A stretch of 64,000 bases of DNA, taken from contig CAWHWX010000001.1 in assembly GCA_963833125.1 (NCBI GenBank), positions 192,001 through 256,000 of the forward strand, given 5' to 3'. Below are positions 63,570-64,000 of this stretch, piece after piece. The position numbers and the translations under genes are program-made. The notes beneath the pieces were generated by a model. The model ran no database searches. It worked only from the letters and a program-made list of their open reading frames with translations, and was not told the DNA's origin. This stretch comes from Candidatus Bathyarchaeota archaeon (lineage in GTDB: Archaea > Thermoproteota > Bathyarchaeia > 40CM-2-53-6). How positions within the stretch are numbered: position 1 is the stretch's first letter; each line of letters starts with the position of its first letter.

Positions 63570-64000
63570 CCTTACCAGACGATCATTTACGAAAAATCTG
63601 AGAACGTCGCTACAATAACGCTCAACAGGCCGGAAGTACTCAACGCTGTAAACGAGAGAATGGGACGAGAACTCATGGACGCCCTGAAGGGAATCTCGCA
63701 AGACGATGAGGTACGTTCAGTTATCATGACAGGTAAAGGCAGAGCGTTCTCCGCAGGAGAGGATATTCAAGACCTGCGAGGGCAGTATGAGAGAGGCGAG
63801 AATCCTAGACTTGGTGAGAGGCTTCATTACAAATACAACCCTATCATCAGACGCATCCGGCAAATGTCGAAGCCAGTCATCGCCGCCGTCAATGGTGTGG
63901 CCGCGGGAGCCGGGGCAGGAATCGCATATTCTTGCGACTTTCGGATTGTTGCCGAAAACGCAAAGTTCATTCAAGCATTCATTCGCGTTGGCCTTGCACC
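63570..64000 (+). CDS. Crotonase, PaaG-like isomerase (partial, frameshifted, runs off window)
   Basis: VATITLNRPEVLNA; GRAFSAGEDI; YNPIIRRIRQMSKPVIAAVNGVAAGAG; FIQAFIRVGLA. Confidence 0.85.

Noticed and set aside
1-64000. CRISPR array, rRNA genes or IS elements
   Set aside because: No regularly spaced repeats, rRNA-like sequence or transposase motifs were seen.

Overview
Archaeal chromosomal window. Gene content and frequent TTG/GTG starts suggest a TACK-type lineage, possibly Bathyarchaeia (inference, not verified). Many genes, including housekeeping ones, carry single-base frameshifts, most likely long-read indel errors, so many features below join several ORF-track pieces. Four zones. 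(1) 0-24.7 kb: surface-glycan locus with Wzm/Wzt ABC exporter, about 10 glycosyltransferases, wecB/wecC, an epimerase, degraded methyltransferases and a Tat-signal fibre protein with a C-terminal Peptidase_S74 chaperone. (2) 24.8-33.3 kb: accessory island with several toxin-antitoxin modules, tRNA 3' remnants, an atypical Sir2 protein abutting a UDP-sugar dehydrogenase, and an orphan RHH + terminase small/large subunit module with no portal or capsid genes. (3) 33.3-52.5 kb: folE-queD...queC without queE, class II RNR, HD protein, a His-patterned 12-TM protein, serS, thrBC, aminotransferases, a GlnA-family ligase and small secreted proteins. (4) 52.5-64 kb: radical SAM-TetR-hemA-C-D-B-chdC-hemL-hemE-cpfC coproporphyrin-type heme operon lacking cgoX/hemY, divergent from paaF/paaG-like crotonases. 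No CRISPR array, rRNA or complete tRNA was seen.
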